Shown here: positions 52,420 through 61,004 of the stretch, in pieces | Layout: every line of letters begins with the position of its first letter | How positions within the stretch are numbered: the stretch's first letter is position 1 | DNA from: an uncultured Actinomycetota bacterium | Lineage (GTDB): Bacteria; Actinomycetota; Actinomycetes; Mycobacteriales; Mycobacteriaceae | Assembly: GCA_963772875.1 (NCBI GenBank) | Contig: CAVYZE010000014.1 | Coordinates: 263,977-327,976, forward strand | Reading direction: 5' to 3' | DNA: 64,000 bases | The notes under the pieces: generated by a model | Database searches by the model: none | What the model saw: only the letters and a program-made list of their open reading frames with translations | Told to the model about the DNA's origin: nothing | Made by a program: the position numbers and the translations under genes

Positions 52420-52545
52420 TCAGCTGGCGAGGCGGTCACCCATGAGAACGTGGGCGCTGGGCTGGGCCAACAAGGCCGTGGCGTTGGCGATACCGCTGGT
52501 GGCTCCGGTGACCAGCGGGACGGATCCTGTGAGATTCGTGGTCAC
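52420..52545 (-). pseudogene. 5' remnant of an SDR gene
   Basis: GTG 52545: VTTNLTGSVPLVTGATSGIANATALLAQPSAHVLMGDRLAS*; Rossmann TGxxxGI motif then stop. Confidence 0.55.
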
Positions 52546-52631
52546 GGTGTTGGTGCTGCTTCGCCGGAAGGGATAGTGCGACGGTTTCGCTCGGGGTTTG
52601 ATCGACCCGACACCGTCGATGAGTGCGGTGC

Positions 52632-53409
52632 TCAGCGTGGGGGTGTTTCATCGTCGACGTCCCGGATCTGCCCGGTTGTGTCACTGCCGAGTCGGGCAAT
52701 CAGCGCGGCAGCGGATTGTTCGGGGCTGATCAACATCCCCGACTCACGGAACTTGATGAACTGGCTTCGCAGTCCCTCGCCGATCCGCTCCGCTGGTTGA
52801 CTCCTGACCCAGTCGTGAATGGCGGTGTCGACGATCCCTGGCCGGAAGGCGTTGACGGTGACTCCCGTATCGGCGAGTTCGGTGGCCAGGTTCAGCGTGT
52901 GCGCTTCGAGCGCCGCCTTGGAGCTGGTGTAGGCGTTACCGCCGATGAGTTGCGACGGCGTCCGCCGCCGATTTGGCCGTCACGTTCACGATCCGGCCCC
53001 ACTTTCGCCTGAGCATGTCGGGCAATAGTCCCAGCGTCAGAGTGACTGGGCTCACGAGGTTGACCGTGATCGCCGCTGCCCACTCGTCCACGTCCACGTC
53101 AACGGTTGGTCCCATCGGCTGCACTACTGCGGCGTTGTTGATGAGAATGTCGATCACTCCACATTCGTTCTGGACGTGCTGAATTGCGGCCGCCAGAGCT
53201 GACTGGTCAGCGAGGTCGGTGGGTACGACGACTACCCGGGCGCCTAGTGCTCTGCTGTGCTCTGCGACCTCGTCGAGGTCGGGCTGTGATCGGGCAAGCA
53301 GTGCCAGATCAGCGCCCGCGGAGGCGAGGCCTAACGCCACGGCTCTTCCGATGCCGCGGCTAGCCCCGGTCACCAGCGCGGTCTTGTCGGAGAAAGTCTT
53401 ATCGCCCAT
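52632..53409 (-). pseudogene. SDR oxidoreductase, frameshifted
   Basis: TGASRGIG, NNAAV, GRIVNV in the first frame; QLIGGNAYTSSKAALE (YxxxK) through ..TGQIRDVDDETPPR* in a shifted frame; break near 52955-52970. Confidence 0.8.
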
Positions 53410-53506
53410 GTCGGCCGCCGCTCATCGATGCGTGCGACTCAAATGTGCGGGTCCGTGATGACAAAGTCGTTGGCCACCAGGGTGATTCCTTGGACGTTGG
53501 CGGCGC

Positions 53507-54061
53507 TCATGCTGGTGTCTCCTCGGTCTTGCGCGCGGCTGCCAAGGTAATGAGCATCAGCGTGCAGTTCGATGTCGACCGATTGTGCCAGCGGTGGAAC
53601 GTCCCGTTGTTGGTGAGGAAATCCCCGGCCTTGATCGTGATCTCGTACACGTTGCCGTCCTCGCCGGGGTAGGCGACGTTGGTCTCGCCTTCGAGGACCA
53701 CGACGAGGTCGATGGTGTCGGTGCGGTGCATGCCGGCCCCGTCCTTGCCCGGCGTCATCCCGCCACCGGTGCCGAGGTTGAGCCTTCCCACTGTCTCTGA
53801 GAGGTCCGGCGGTTCGTCTCCGATGACCGGGGGAATGATCTGAATGTCAACGCGGATTCCGCCACGGGGACCGAAGAGGCCCAGTTGCTTGTACTCACCG
53901 AGCACGTGCTCGGGCCGTAGCGGCAGTTCGGGGACCTCGTCGAATCCCCAGATGTCGAAAGCGTAGGTGGCGTCCTTAACGGTCGAGGAGTCGAAAACCT
54001 CGTCGGTCTGCGTCACGACGCCCAAGGGAGCTTCAGCCGTGGTGAATCGCCTGATCTTCAT
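53507..54061 (-). CDS. cupin-domain protein
   Basis: From ATG 54061 MKIRRFTT; MHRTDTIDLVVVLEGE and GDFLTNNGTFHRWHN cupin motifs. Confidence 0.82.
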   Translation of the reverse strand: MKIRRFTTAEAPLGVVTQTDEVFDSSTVKDATYAFDIWGFDEVPELPLRPEHVLGEYKQLGLFGPRGGIRVDIQIIPPVIGDEPPDLSETVGRLNLGTGGGMTPGKDGAGMHRTDTIDLVVVLEGETNVAYPGEDGNVYEITIKAGDFLTNNGTFHRWHNRSTSNCTLMLITLAAARKTEETPA

Positions 54062-54488
54062 TCTGATTCTTCTCCTAAACCAGTCGGCGGGCAGCCCAGC
54101 AGAGGGCTGGCCCGGCAGTCGGAGCCGGTCATCCGGCTTCGTCCTGCGTGTATCCGATGCTTCATTAGCGTATCCGATATTTGAATCGTCTGCTACATAA
54201 TCACGCTTAATGGACCAAGTCAACCAGTTGGCCTCATCCGGCGTTGATGGCCGTTTATACGTTAACTCTGCTGTAGCAGAGCATCTTTCGAAGGTCATCC
54301 ACAGAGACAACGCGCACCGCGACGGAAGCAACGTCGTAGCGGCGGCAGCTGATGTTTCATCAGTTTATGTAGTGAGTACTTCACATTCAGGTCGCGTCGG
54401 AGCTACACTGACCGAAGCGGCGATGACCACCCGGACATCGGCGAACAGCTGCTGGCGACCCTGCCTGCAGGCAGGTGAAGGAGGACAA

Positions 54489-55151
54489 ATGGCGATGAAC
54501 ATCCCGACTACCTACGCGGCGACGGTGGCAGTGCCGCTGCCCGACGATGACGTCGTCAAGGCGGTCATCGAAACCTACTTCGGTGGCACCTATCAGCCCG
54601 ACGCGACGCTGAACGTCGTCAAGATGTTCGCCGGAACGGGAGATCACTTCCCGGGCGTGATCGATGTGGTCAAGGCGATCTTCGGCCCTGATGGCATCAA
54701 CCCCAAGCACCGGCAGATGTGCATGATGCGGGTCGCCAAGGCTCTCGACGCACCCTACGAGTGGCAGATCCACGCGGCGATCGGCCGCAACGTGGGACTC
54801 AGCGACGACGAGATCGCCGCCATCGCCTCCGACGGGCCCGTCACCGGCATCGACTCGGACTACGTTCTGCTTGGCCGGGCGGCCGACGAGCTCGCCAGCG
54901 CAAAGACGCTGAGCGACAAGACGCTCAGCGAACTCCTGGCCACCTTCGGTGAGGACTCGACACGCAAGTACATTCTGTCGATCTCCTTCTTCATCTTCAT
55001 GGGCCTGTGGCTCAACGGCTGCCGTGTCCCGCTGGAGACCACCGACAAGGTCGGCGGAAGGGACACCAACCCGGCCGGGACATCTGTGAAGGACCGTCTT
55101 CAGCAGTTTCCTAGCCAAGACCAAGCCACCGGCGGCGGTCTTCCCGGCTAG
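54489..55151 (+). CDS. carboxymuconolactone decarboxylase / AhpD-like protein
   Basis: GAAGGAGG RBS before ATG 54489; HRQMCMMRVA..YEWQIH..GLSDDEIAAI motif. Confidence 0.8.
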   Translation: MAMNIPTTYAATVAVPLPDDDVVKAVIETYFGGTYQPDATLNVVKMFAGTGDHFPGVIDVVKAIFGPDGINPKHRQMCMMRVAKALDAPYEWQIHAAIGRNVGLSDDEIAAIASDGPVTGIDSDYVLLGRAADELASAKTLSDKTLSELLATFGEDSTRKYILSISFFIFMGLWLNGCRVPLETTDKVGGRDTNPAGTSVKDRLQQFPSQDQATGGGLPG

Positions 55152-55925
55152 TGCGCACGAACAGGATCAGACGAATTCGGAAAGGGGGATCAGGTCAGCG
55201 GGGCCCGCAGCGACGGACCTCGCCAGACCTGGCCAAAGTGATGGCAGCGAACGAATCGGTCACCGAGCCGCACCGGCTCACCCCCAAGGGGCGGGCCACG
55301 CGGGATCGGATCGTGGCGACAGCAGCGCAACTGATGTACGACCACAGTGTCGCCGGCACGACTCTCGGCGACGTCCAGAAGGCGGCAGGCGTTGGCCCCT
55401 CGCAGGTGTATCACTACTTCGGGGACAAGGAATCCCTGATCAGGGCCGTCATCGCCCACCGCATCCACGCTCTCCTGGCAACACTCGGCGGGCTGGACAC
55501 CATGGAGGGGTTGCGAGCCTGGAGAGACTTCGTCGTCGACACGTATCGCCAACAGAACTGCGAAGGCGGCTGCCCGCTCGGGTCCCTGGTTGGGGAACTG
55601 GCCGAACCCTTCCCGGAATGTCGAGCCGACCTCGCCGGGGGATTCGACCAGTGGGAAGCAGAGATCCGCAAGGGATTACAGGCCATGAGCGACCGGGGCG
55701 ATCTGCGCCGCAAGGCCAACCCCGACCGCTTGGCGACCGCGCTGCTGGCCGCGGTCGAAGGCGGCATCATGCTCGCGCAGGTTCGCCGCGACCCCGCCCC
55801 TCTCGAAACGGCACTCGATGAGGTCCTCGACCGCATCGAGGACCTCAGACCCCGACGCGCGCAAGCCCATCAGTAAGCCGGCAACACTGCCCCTCCCGTC
55901 ACGCCAGCTGCCTCGTTGAATACCT
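55086..55925 (+). repeat. ~840-bp direct repeat copy 1 (TetR gene plus flanks)
   Basis: Aligns by eye with 62114-62951 from gtgaaggac..ccaagcc..ggcggcggtcttcccggc upstream to ..gaatacct downstream. Confidence 0.88.
55241..55876 (+). CDS. TetR/AcrR regulator with LmrA/YxaF-like C-terminal domain
   Basis: LTPKGRATRDRIV..TTLGDVQKAAGVGPSQVYHYFGDKE HTH; CEGGCPLGSL motif. Confidence 0.88.
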   Translation: MAANESVTEPHRLTPKGRATRDRIVATAAQLMYDHSVAGTTLGDVQKAAGVGPSQVYHYFGDKESLIRAVIAHRIHALLATLGGLDTMEGLRAWRDFVVDTYRQQNCEGGCPLGSLVGELAEPFPECRADLAGGFDQWEAEIRKGLQAMSDRGDLRRKANPDRLATALLAAVEGGIMLAQVRRDPAPLETALDEVLDRIEDLRPRRAQAHQ

Positions 55926-55995
55926 CGGCGACCGCGTCGGTCGTGTGACAGACGCACGATAGCCCGGCCCTGCGCCCAACGAAGAAGGAAACACA

Positions 55996-56745
55996 ATGTC
56001 TTTATTGAAAAACAAAATCGCCGTTGTCACTGGAGGAAGTAGCGGAATTGGTCTCGCGACCGCCAAGAGGTTCGTTGGCGAGGGCGCTTATGTGTTCATC
56101 GCCGGTCGCCGCCAGGCCGAGCTCGACAAGGCCGTCGCGGAAATCGGCGAGAACGTGACCGCCATTGAGGCGGATGTCTCAAAGCTCGATGATCTCGATC
56201 GTCTCTACAAGACGGTGGCTGAGCAAAAAGGAAGATCGATGTGGTGTTCGCTTGTCCCTGTTACGTTGAGCGGGTACTCACAAAGGACGTCACGCCAGAA
56301 CATTTTGAGCTTACATTTGATACCACGGCCCGTGGAACCTATTTTGCTGTCCAGAAGGCATTGCCAATAATGAATGACGGCGGATCGATCATTCTTATTG
56401 GATCGATGGGAACGGTGAAAGGGTTTCCAACCCGCAGTACCTATAATGGTGCGAAAGCGACGCTCGGTGCATTTGTACGGACGTGGACGAATGAACTTAA
56501 AGGCCGTAAAATCCGAGCCAATGTTCTCAGCGCCGGCGCAATTCAAACGTCGCTCCTCGATAGTCAGTGGTCGTTCCAAGGAAGTCGCTGAGCAAACAAA
56601 GAATTACCTTTTATCTATAACCCCGCTTGGGCGCCTTGGACGTCCAGAGGAAATCGCGGCGGCCGCGCTGTTCCTCGCCTCAGATGAAAGCAGTTTCGTT
56701 ACTGGAGTGGGCTTATACGTCGATGGCGGGATAGCCGTGTCATGA
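55996..56745 (+). pseudogene. SDR oxidoreductase with two frameshifts
   Basis: GAAGGAA RBS; TGGSSGIG (frame 1), IDVVF..YNGAK (frame 2, from about 56235), [17 protein letters not shown] (frame 3, from about 56572). Confidence 0.85.
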
Positions 56746-56822
56746 ACACGCCTCCACTCCGAGATTGAACACAGGTCGTTATTCTTGTCAGCGCAAGAAC
56801 GCTCATCCCTAGGAGGTCGGAA

Positions 56823-57614
56823 ATGCCAGCAAAGAACGTTCCCATCATGGTGTTCGATGGAGTGACACAACTCCCTCCCGAAGCGAACGGCGCCGTCGTC
56901 GTCGGCGGTTCGAATGCCGCGATTCCGGCGGCGTACTTCTCGGCCAAGGCGGGCGTTCGCGCTGCAATTCATCATGACTGCGGGATCGGTCGAGACGAAG
57001 CGGGAGTCAGCGGTCTGCTTTGGGCCGATCGACATGGCATGGCCATGGCGGCCGTAGCGACGAACAGCGCCCGCGTCGGCGACAGTGCAGATATGCTCCA
57101 ACGCGGAATCATCAGTCGCGCCAACGGGCTTGCGGCCACGTGTGGCGTAGAGACCGGTCACGCCGTCGTACACGCAGCGGAGCTGCTGAAATCCGCGCCC
57201 TGGCCCCACGCAGCCGCAGAAGCGCCGGTCGACAGACGCACCATCATTGACGGCGTCCTCTGCATAGACTCCATCTCATTCGGTAAACCAGAAGATGCAG
57301 GCCTGGTCGTGGCGACCGGTAGCCACGGCGGCGCAATCGCAGCTGGTATGACGCGTTCATTTAGGCCACGCCTCGCCTTCTTCAACGATGCCGGCTTCGG
57401 CGCCGATGATGCCGGCGCTGCCAGCCTTCCCATTCTCGATTCTGACGGTATCGCCGCCGCCACGGTCGCCGCGGATTCAGCGTGCATCGGTGACGGCCAA
57501 TCGACACTGAAACAGGGCATCATCTCGGCCGTCAACGAAACCGCATACCGACTCGGCGCCAGGGTCGGAGAGACGGCCCTCAAAGTGGCGCGCACCGTAG
57601 CGGAGAGCGCCTGA
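56823..57614 (+). CDS. uncharacterised protein composed of two homologous ~120-aa repeats
   Basis: AGGAGG RBS; halves align: VVGGSNA/VATGSHG, HDCGIGRDEAG/NDAGFGADDAG, SARVGD/SACIGD, GIISRAN/GIISAVN. Confidence 0.8.
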   Translation: MPAKNVPIMVFDGVTQLPPEANGAVVVGGSNAAIPAAYFSAKAGVRAAIHHDCGIGRDEAGVSGLLWADRHGMAMAAVATNSARVGDSADMLQRGIISRANGLAATCGVETGHAVVHAAELLKSAPWPHAAAEAPVDRRTIIDGVLCIDSISFGKPEDAGLVVATGSHGGAIAAGMTRSFRPRLAFFNDAGFGADDAGAASLPILDSDGIAAATVAADSACIGDGQSTLKQGIISAVNETAYRLGARVGETALKVARTVAESA

Positions 57615-57737
57615 ATAGACCACGCAGAACAAGCTGGGGCAAGACAAAGGTCCTCGACCTCTCGAGAACGTCAGTCGCACGTTTGCCGACGAAGCGGGCT
57701 TCACTGGCGAATCGATGGGCCTCTCGTCTCGCCCCCC

Positions 57738-58178
57738 TCATTGGTCGCCGTAGACCCGGTCAGGACGGATGAGCACCGCTGCCCGGCGCTGCTCGGCCAT
57801 CACCCGGTCGTACTCGTCCCAGTCGTCGTGTTCACCGCCGGCTGCGGTGAAAATCGCTCGGAGCAGCAGCCGAAGCCCTTCGGCGTCCAGCCAGGGTTGG
57901 GGGTCGTCGGGTCCGGCGAGCTCGGCGCACCCTTCGACCGCCGCCCACTGCCATCCGTTGCGGAAGGTGGCCGTGACCTGGGGTCGAGCCCGCAGGTTCG
58001 CCAGCTTGACAGGGCCCACCGCGACCAAGGCCAAGATGGTCTCACCGGTGACGGGATGGGCGAGGACGCCGGCGTTGACCAGCGACGACTGGATGGTGCC
58101 GTTGGCCCGCAACGTCGAAACCACCACCAGGCCGCGCTCATCGCTGGACAGCGATGCTGCCTCTTGAAGGGTCGTCAC
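57738..58178 (-). CDS. PPOX-class F420-dependent oxidoreductase (Rv1155-like family)
   Basis: STLRANGTIQSS, KLANLRARP, WAAVEG, DWDEYDRVMAEQRR motifs; GAGGAGG RBS. Confidence 0.88.
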   Translation of the reverse strand: MTTLQEAASLSSDERGLVVVSTLRANGTIQSSLVNAGVLAHPVTGETILALVAVGPVKLANLRARPQVTATFRNGWQWAAVEGCAELAGPDDPQPWLDAEGLRLLLRAIFTAAGGEHDDWDEYDRVMAEQRRAAVLIRPDRVYGDQ

Positions 58179-58450
58179 TGAATGTCCTCCTCGTTGTCTC
58201 GGTTCATGCTCGTCGTCTATGGCTCAACCGCCGCCGAAGCGCGGGTGACTCTCGGCCTTGGTGGGGTGGCGTTTCGGGGTCAGGCCGATCGAGGTGACCG
58301 CACCAGCCGCTCTGGCGGCCGCTGTTGATCACCTCGCGCCGACCCGCTGATCATTCATCGTCTGCTCCTTGTCGTGGTGTCTGAAGGTGGCGTGTTCGTC
58401 GGGTGGGGGCGAGTGGGGGTGTGGCCGCGACGGCCGCGTGAGACTCAGTT

Positions 58451-58825
58451 TTAGGGGGTGGCCCAGGTCCGGGTGTGCCGGAGCTCGGTGGTGCCGGTGT
58501 CGGTGCCGGGAATCAGCAGGAACGCCACCGACATGGTCGGGGTGTGGGGTGCGGATTGCTCCCAGCACAGCCGCGTCGGCACGGTGAGGTCGGTGACCCG
58601 GCAGCGCGCGGTCTCGCCGCGGCCGCGGCGGTAACGGGTGAGGTGAAACGAGGAACCGACCCGCAGTCGAGGGTCGGCGGTGTCGTTCTCCACGGTGTCC
58701 CAGGTGTCGTACCACTCGCAGACGGTGTCGACGGTGGTGATCAGTTCCCAGACCGTCTCGGGTGGGGCGGTGATGCGAATCGACCCGGTCTGGGTGTGGA
58801 GGCCGCCGCGGCGCAGGTGGGTCAT
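58451..58825 (-). CDS. SRPBCC (START-like) family protein
   Basis: IRITAPPETVWELIT N-terminal motif; GGAGG RBS; possibly shortened C-terminus. Confidence 0.65.
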   Translation of the reverse strand: MTHLRRGGLHTQTGSIRITAPPETVWELITTVDTVCEWYDTWDTVENDTADPRLRVGSSFHLTRYRRGRGETARCRVTDLTVPTRLCWEQSAPHTPTMSVAFLLIPGTDTGTTELRHTRTWATP

Positions 58826-58952
58826 GGTTCCTCCGGTGGGGTGAGGTCGTCGACGGGGTGGTGGGCCTTGGTCTCAGGTGGCGGTGGCGGTGGCCTGGAT
58901 GAGCCACTTCCTCATCTCCGTGCGCAGTTGAGCGGATCGTGAGGCGCGTGGC

Positions 58953-59561
58953 CTAGGTGGTTCCCGTCGTGGCGAAGGAGGCGATGTGATCGATGGTGGT
59001 GTTCAGTGCGGTTCGTAGGGGCTCGGCGTCGCGCAAGGTCTTGGCCACAAGCAGGCCGCCCTGCAGGGCAGTCAGCAGTGCCATGGCGAATTGGTCGACG
59101 TCGGCGCCGTCGACGAGTGCGCCGCGGGCCTTCATCGCGAACAGGCCGTCACGGATGGCGCCCTGCCATCGCCGGTAGCCGGCCACGACGTCGTCTCGAG
59201 CGGCATCGTCGCGATCGGCGAGCTCGCTAGCCAACGAACCCAACGGGCAGCCGCCCCGAAAGTCGTTGGCCCGCGCCGCTTCCACGATGACCTCGGCCCA
59301 GCTACGCAATGCGTCGATGTCGTCGAGGCGCGCGAGCAGGGGTTCGTGAAACCCGAGGATCGTGTCGCTCCAATGCCCGATGACGGCGCACGTGAGGGAG
59401 TGCTTGTCGTCGAAGTAGTGGTAGATCTGCGACGCGCTGACGCCGGCGGCGGCCTGGAGGTCCTCGGTACTGGTGCCAGCCACACCCTGCTGATACATCA
59501 GGGCCGCGGCGGCGGCCACGATGCGGTCGCGAGTCGCCTGGCCCTTGCGCGTGATCATCAT
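58953..59561 (-). CDS. TetR/AcrR regulator with LmrA/YxaF-like C-terminal domain
   Basis: (M)MITRKGQATRDRIV..STEDLQAAAGVSASQIYHYFDDK HTH; GGCPLGSL motif; start ATG 59561 or 59558. Confidence 0.88.
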   Translation of the reverse strand: MMITRKGQATRDRIVAAAAALMYQQGVAGTSTEDLQAAAGVSASQIYHYFDDKHSLTCAVIGHWSDTILGFHEPLLARLDDIDALRSWAEVIVEAARANDFRGGCPLGSLASELADRDDAARDDVVAGYRRWQGAIRDGLFAMKARGALVDGADVDQFAMALLTALQGGLLVAKTLRDAEPLRTALNTTIDHIASFATTGTT

Positions 59562-59946
59562 TCGATGGTAGCCGATTTTGGTGTTGACATTCCAGACCCA
59601 CTGAGGTTCGGTGGAATGACCAATCCAAACGAGCAGAGGGCGATCACTTGACGACGCAACCCGCCATCGCGAAGCGGGCGGAGGTGGCAGGGACATCACC
59701 GCAGGTGGATGCCTACGTCGCGCTGCAAGCCGACATGCGGTCTTGGGTGGCTTGGCCCTTGCGCGTGGTCATCGCTTGAGGGTAGCCGATTTTGGTGTTG
59801 ACATTCCAGACCCGCTGAGGTTCGGTGGAGTGACCAATCCAAAATCTCGAAAGGCGGTCGCATGACGACGCAGACATCCATCGCGAAGCAAGAGGAGGGG
59901 GCAGGGCATCACCGGAGTTCGCCGATGCCTACATCGCGCTGCAAGC
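59521..59946. repeat. diverged ~214-bp tandem duplication of TetR 5' end plus divergent promoter
   Basis: ggtagccgattttggtgttgacattccagaccc.ctgaggttcggtgga.tgaccaatccaaa is present at about 59567 and 59781; flanks also align. Confidence 0.9.
59579..59627. promoter_or_regulatory. paired operator-like sites TGGT-N8-TCCA and TGGA-N8-TCCA, overlapping TTGACA
   Basis: 59579-59594 and 59612-59627; repeated at 59793-59808 and 59826-59841; TTGACA at 59584-59589. Confidence 0.6.
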
Positions 59947-60064
59947 GGCCACCACGCGGCAACCGGCATTCGTCACCGGTGACGTCGAGGCGATCCCGGG
60001 CCGACCGGCGACACCATTCGCGCACCGGGTGGACGCCCACCGCGACCTCTTCGACACCAACTAG
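59862..60064 (+). pseudogene. remnant resembling the C-terminus of an NmrA-like NAD(P)H-binding protein
   Basis: ATG 59862 MTTQTSIAK.., then shifted frame ASPEFADAYIALQA..FVTGDVEAIPGRPATPFAHRVDAHRDLFDTN*, similar to the 'vt.dve.i.GRpa..f..w...h...F' tail of that family. Confidence 0.4.
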
Positions 60065-60091
60065 CCAACGTCAACCGAGAAGGAACAACCG

Positions 60092-60823
60092 ATGAAATTC
60101 AACGGCAAGAACGTCCTCGTCACCGGCGCCACGTCCGGTGTCGGTAGAGAAGCCGCGAAACTGTTCGCCCAGCACGGCGCCGCGGTGATCGTCACCGGCC
60201 GCGACGAAACTCGCGGCCACGCCGTCGTCGAGGAGTTCGCCACCGCAAGCGCACCCGCCCGCTTCATCGCCGCCGACCTGAACGTTTCCGACGACGTGCG
60301 AGGACTGATTCAGGAGGCTGGGGACGTCGACATTCTGGTCAACAATGCCGGCTTCTGGGAATTGGCCCCGACCGCGGACGCCACCGAAGCTGGTTTCGAC
60401 GCCATGTTCGCGGTCAACGTCAAGGCACCGTTCCTGCTGACCGCAGCCTATGCCCCCGTGATGGCGGGAAACGGCGGCGGCGCGATCGTGAACGTGTCCA
60501 CGATGGTCGCCGACCGCGGCCAGGCCGGCATGGCCGGCTACGGCGCCTCCAAGGCAGCCCTGGAATCGCTGACCCGCTCCTGGGCCGCGGAATACGGACC
60601 CCAGGGCGTGCGCGTCAACGCCGTCGCGCTGGGACCCACCCTCACCCCGGCAATGGATCCGATGGCACACATGCTGCCCACCTTCGTCGCCGCCATTCCG
60701 CTGGGCCGTGCCGCCCAGCCCATTGAGATCGCCCACGCCATCGCTTACCTGTGCAGCGAGGAGGCGAGCTTCATCACCGGTGCCGTCATCCCGGTCGACG
60801 GTGGCCGCCAATCCGTGCTGTGA
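60092..60823 (+). CDS. SDR oxidoreductase
   Basis: TGATSGVG, NNAG, YGASK, VRVNAV, VDGG; GAAGGAA RBS. Confidence 0.92.
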   Translation: MKFNGKNVLVTGATSGVGREAAKLFAQHGAAVIVTGRDETRGHAVVEEFATASAPARFIAADLNVSDDVRGLIQEAGDVDILVNNAGFWELAPTADATEAGFDAMFAVNVKAPFLLTAAYAPVMAGNGGGAIVNVSTMVADRGQAGMAGYGASKAALESLTRSWAAEYGPQGVRVNAVALGPTLTPAMDPMAHMLPTFVAAIPLGRAAQPIEIAHAIAYLCSEEASFITGAVIPVDGGRQSVL

Positions 60824-61004
60824 ACGGCTACCCCCTCGCAACGTGGCCCACGGCGTACAACGTTCTGTGCCCGGACCGGCAGACCGACACGGCTCACCGA
60901 CATCGCGGTCTAGAGCCACCGTAGGGACGACACGACATCACCTGCATTGATCTCGGGCGGAACGCCCCCATCTCACGCCAAAACCTCACAATTAGGAGAC
61001 TTCA

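Noticed and set aside
54349-54386. CTGATG-TTT-CATCAG palindrome and adjacent GTGA-N5-TCAC in the cupin/CMD divergent region
   Set aside because: Plausible operators but short, with no second copy or identifiable cognate regulator.
57640-57737. KVLDLSR, resembling a CoA-transferase III N-terminus
   Set aside because: Only a 7-residue match with no start codon and no following conserved GP motif.
58329-58907. His/Pro/Arg-rich 192-aa ORF
   Set aside because: Alternative frame of the SRPBCC gene; low complexity.
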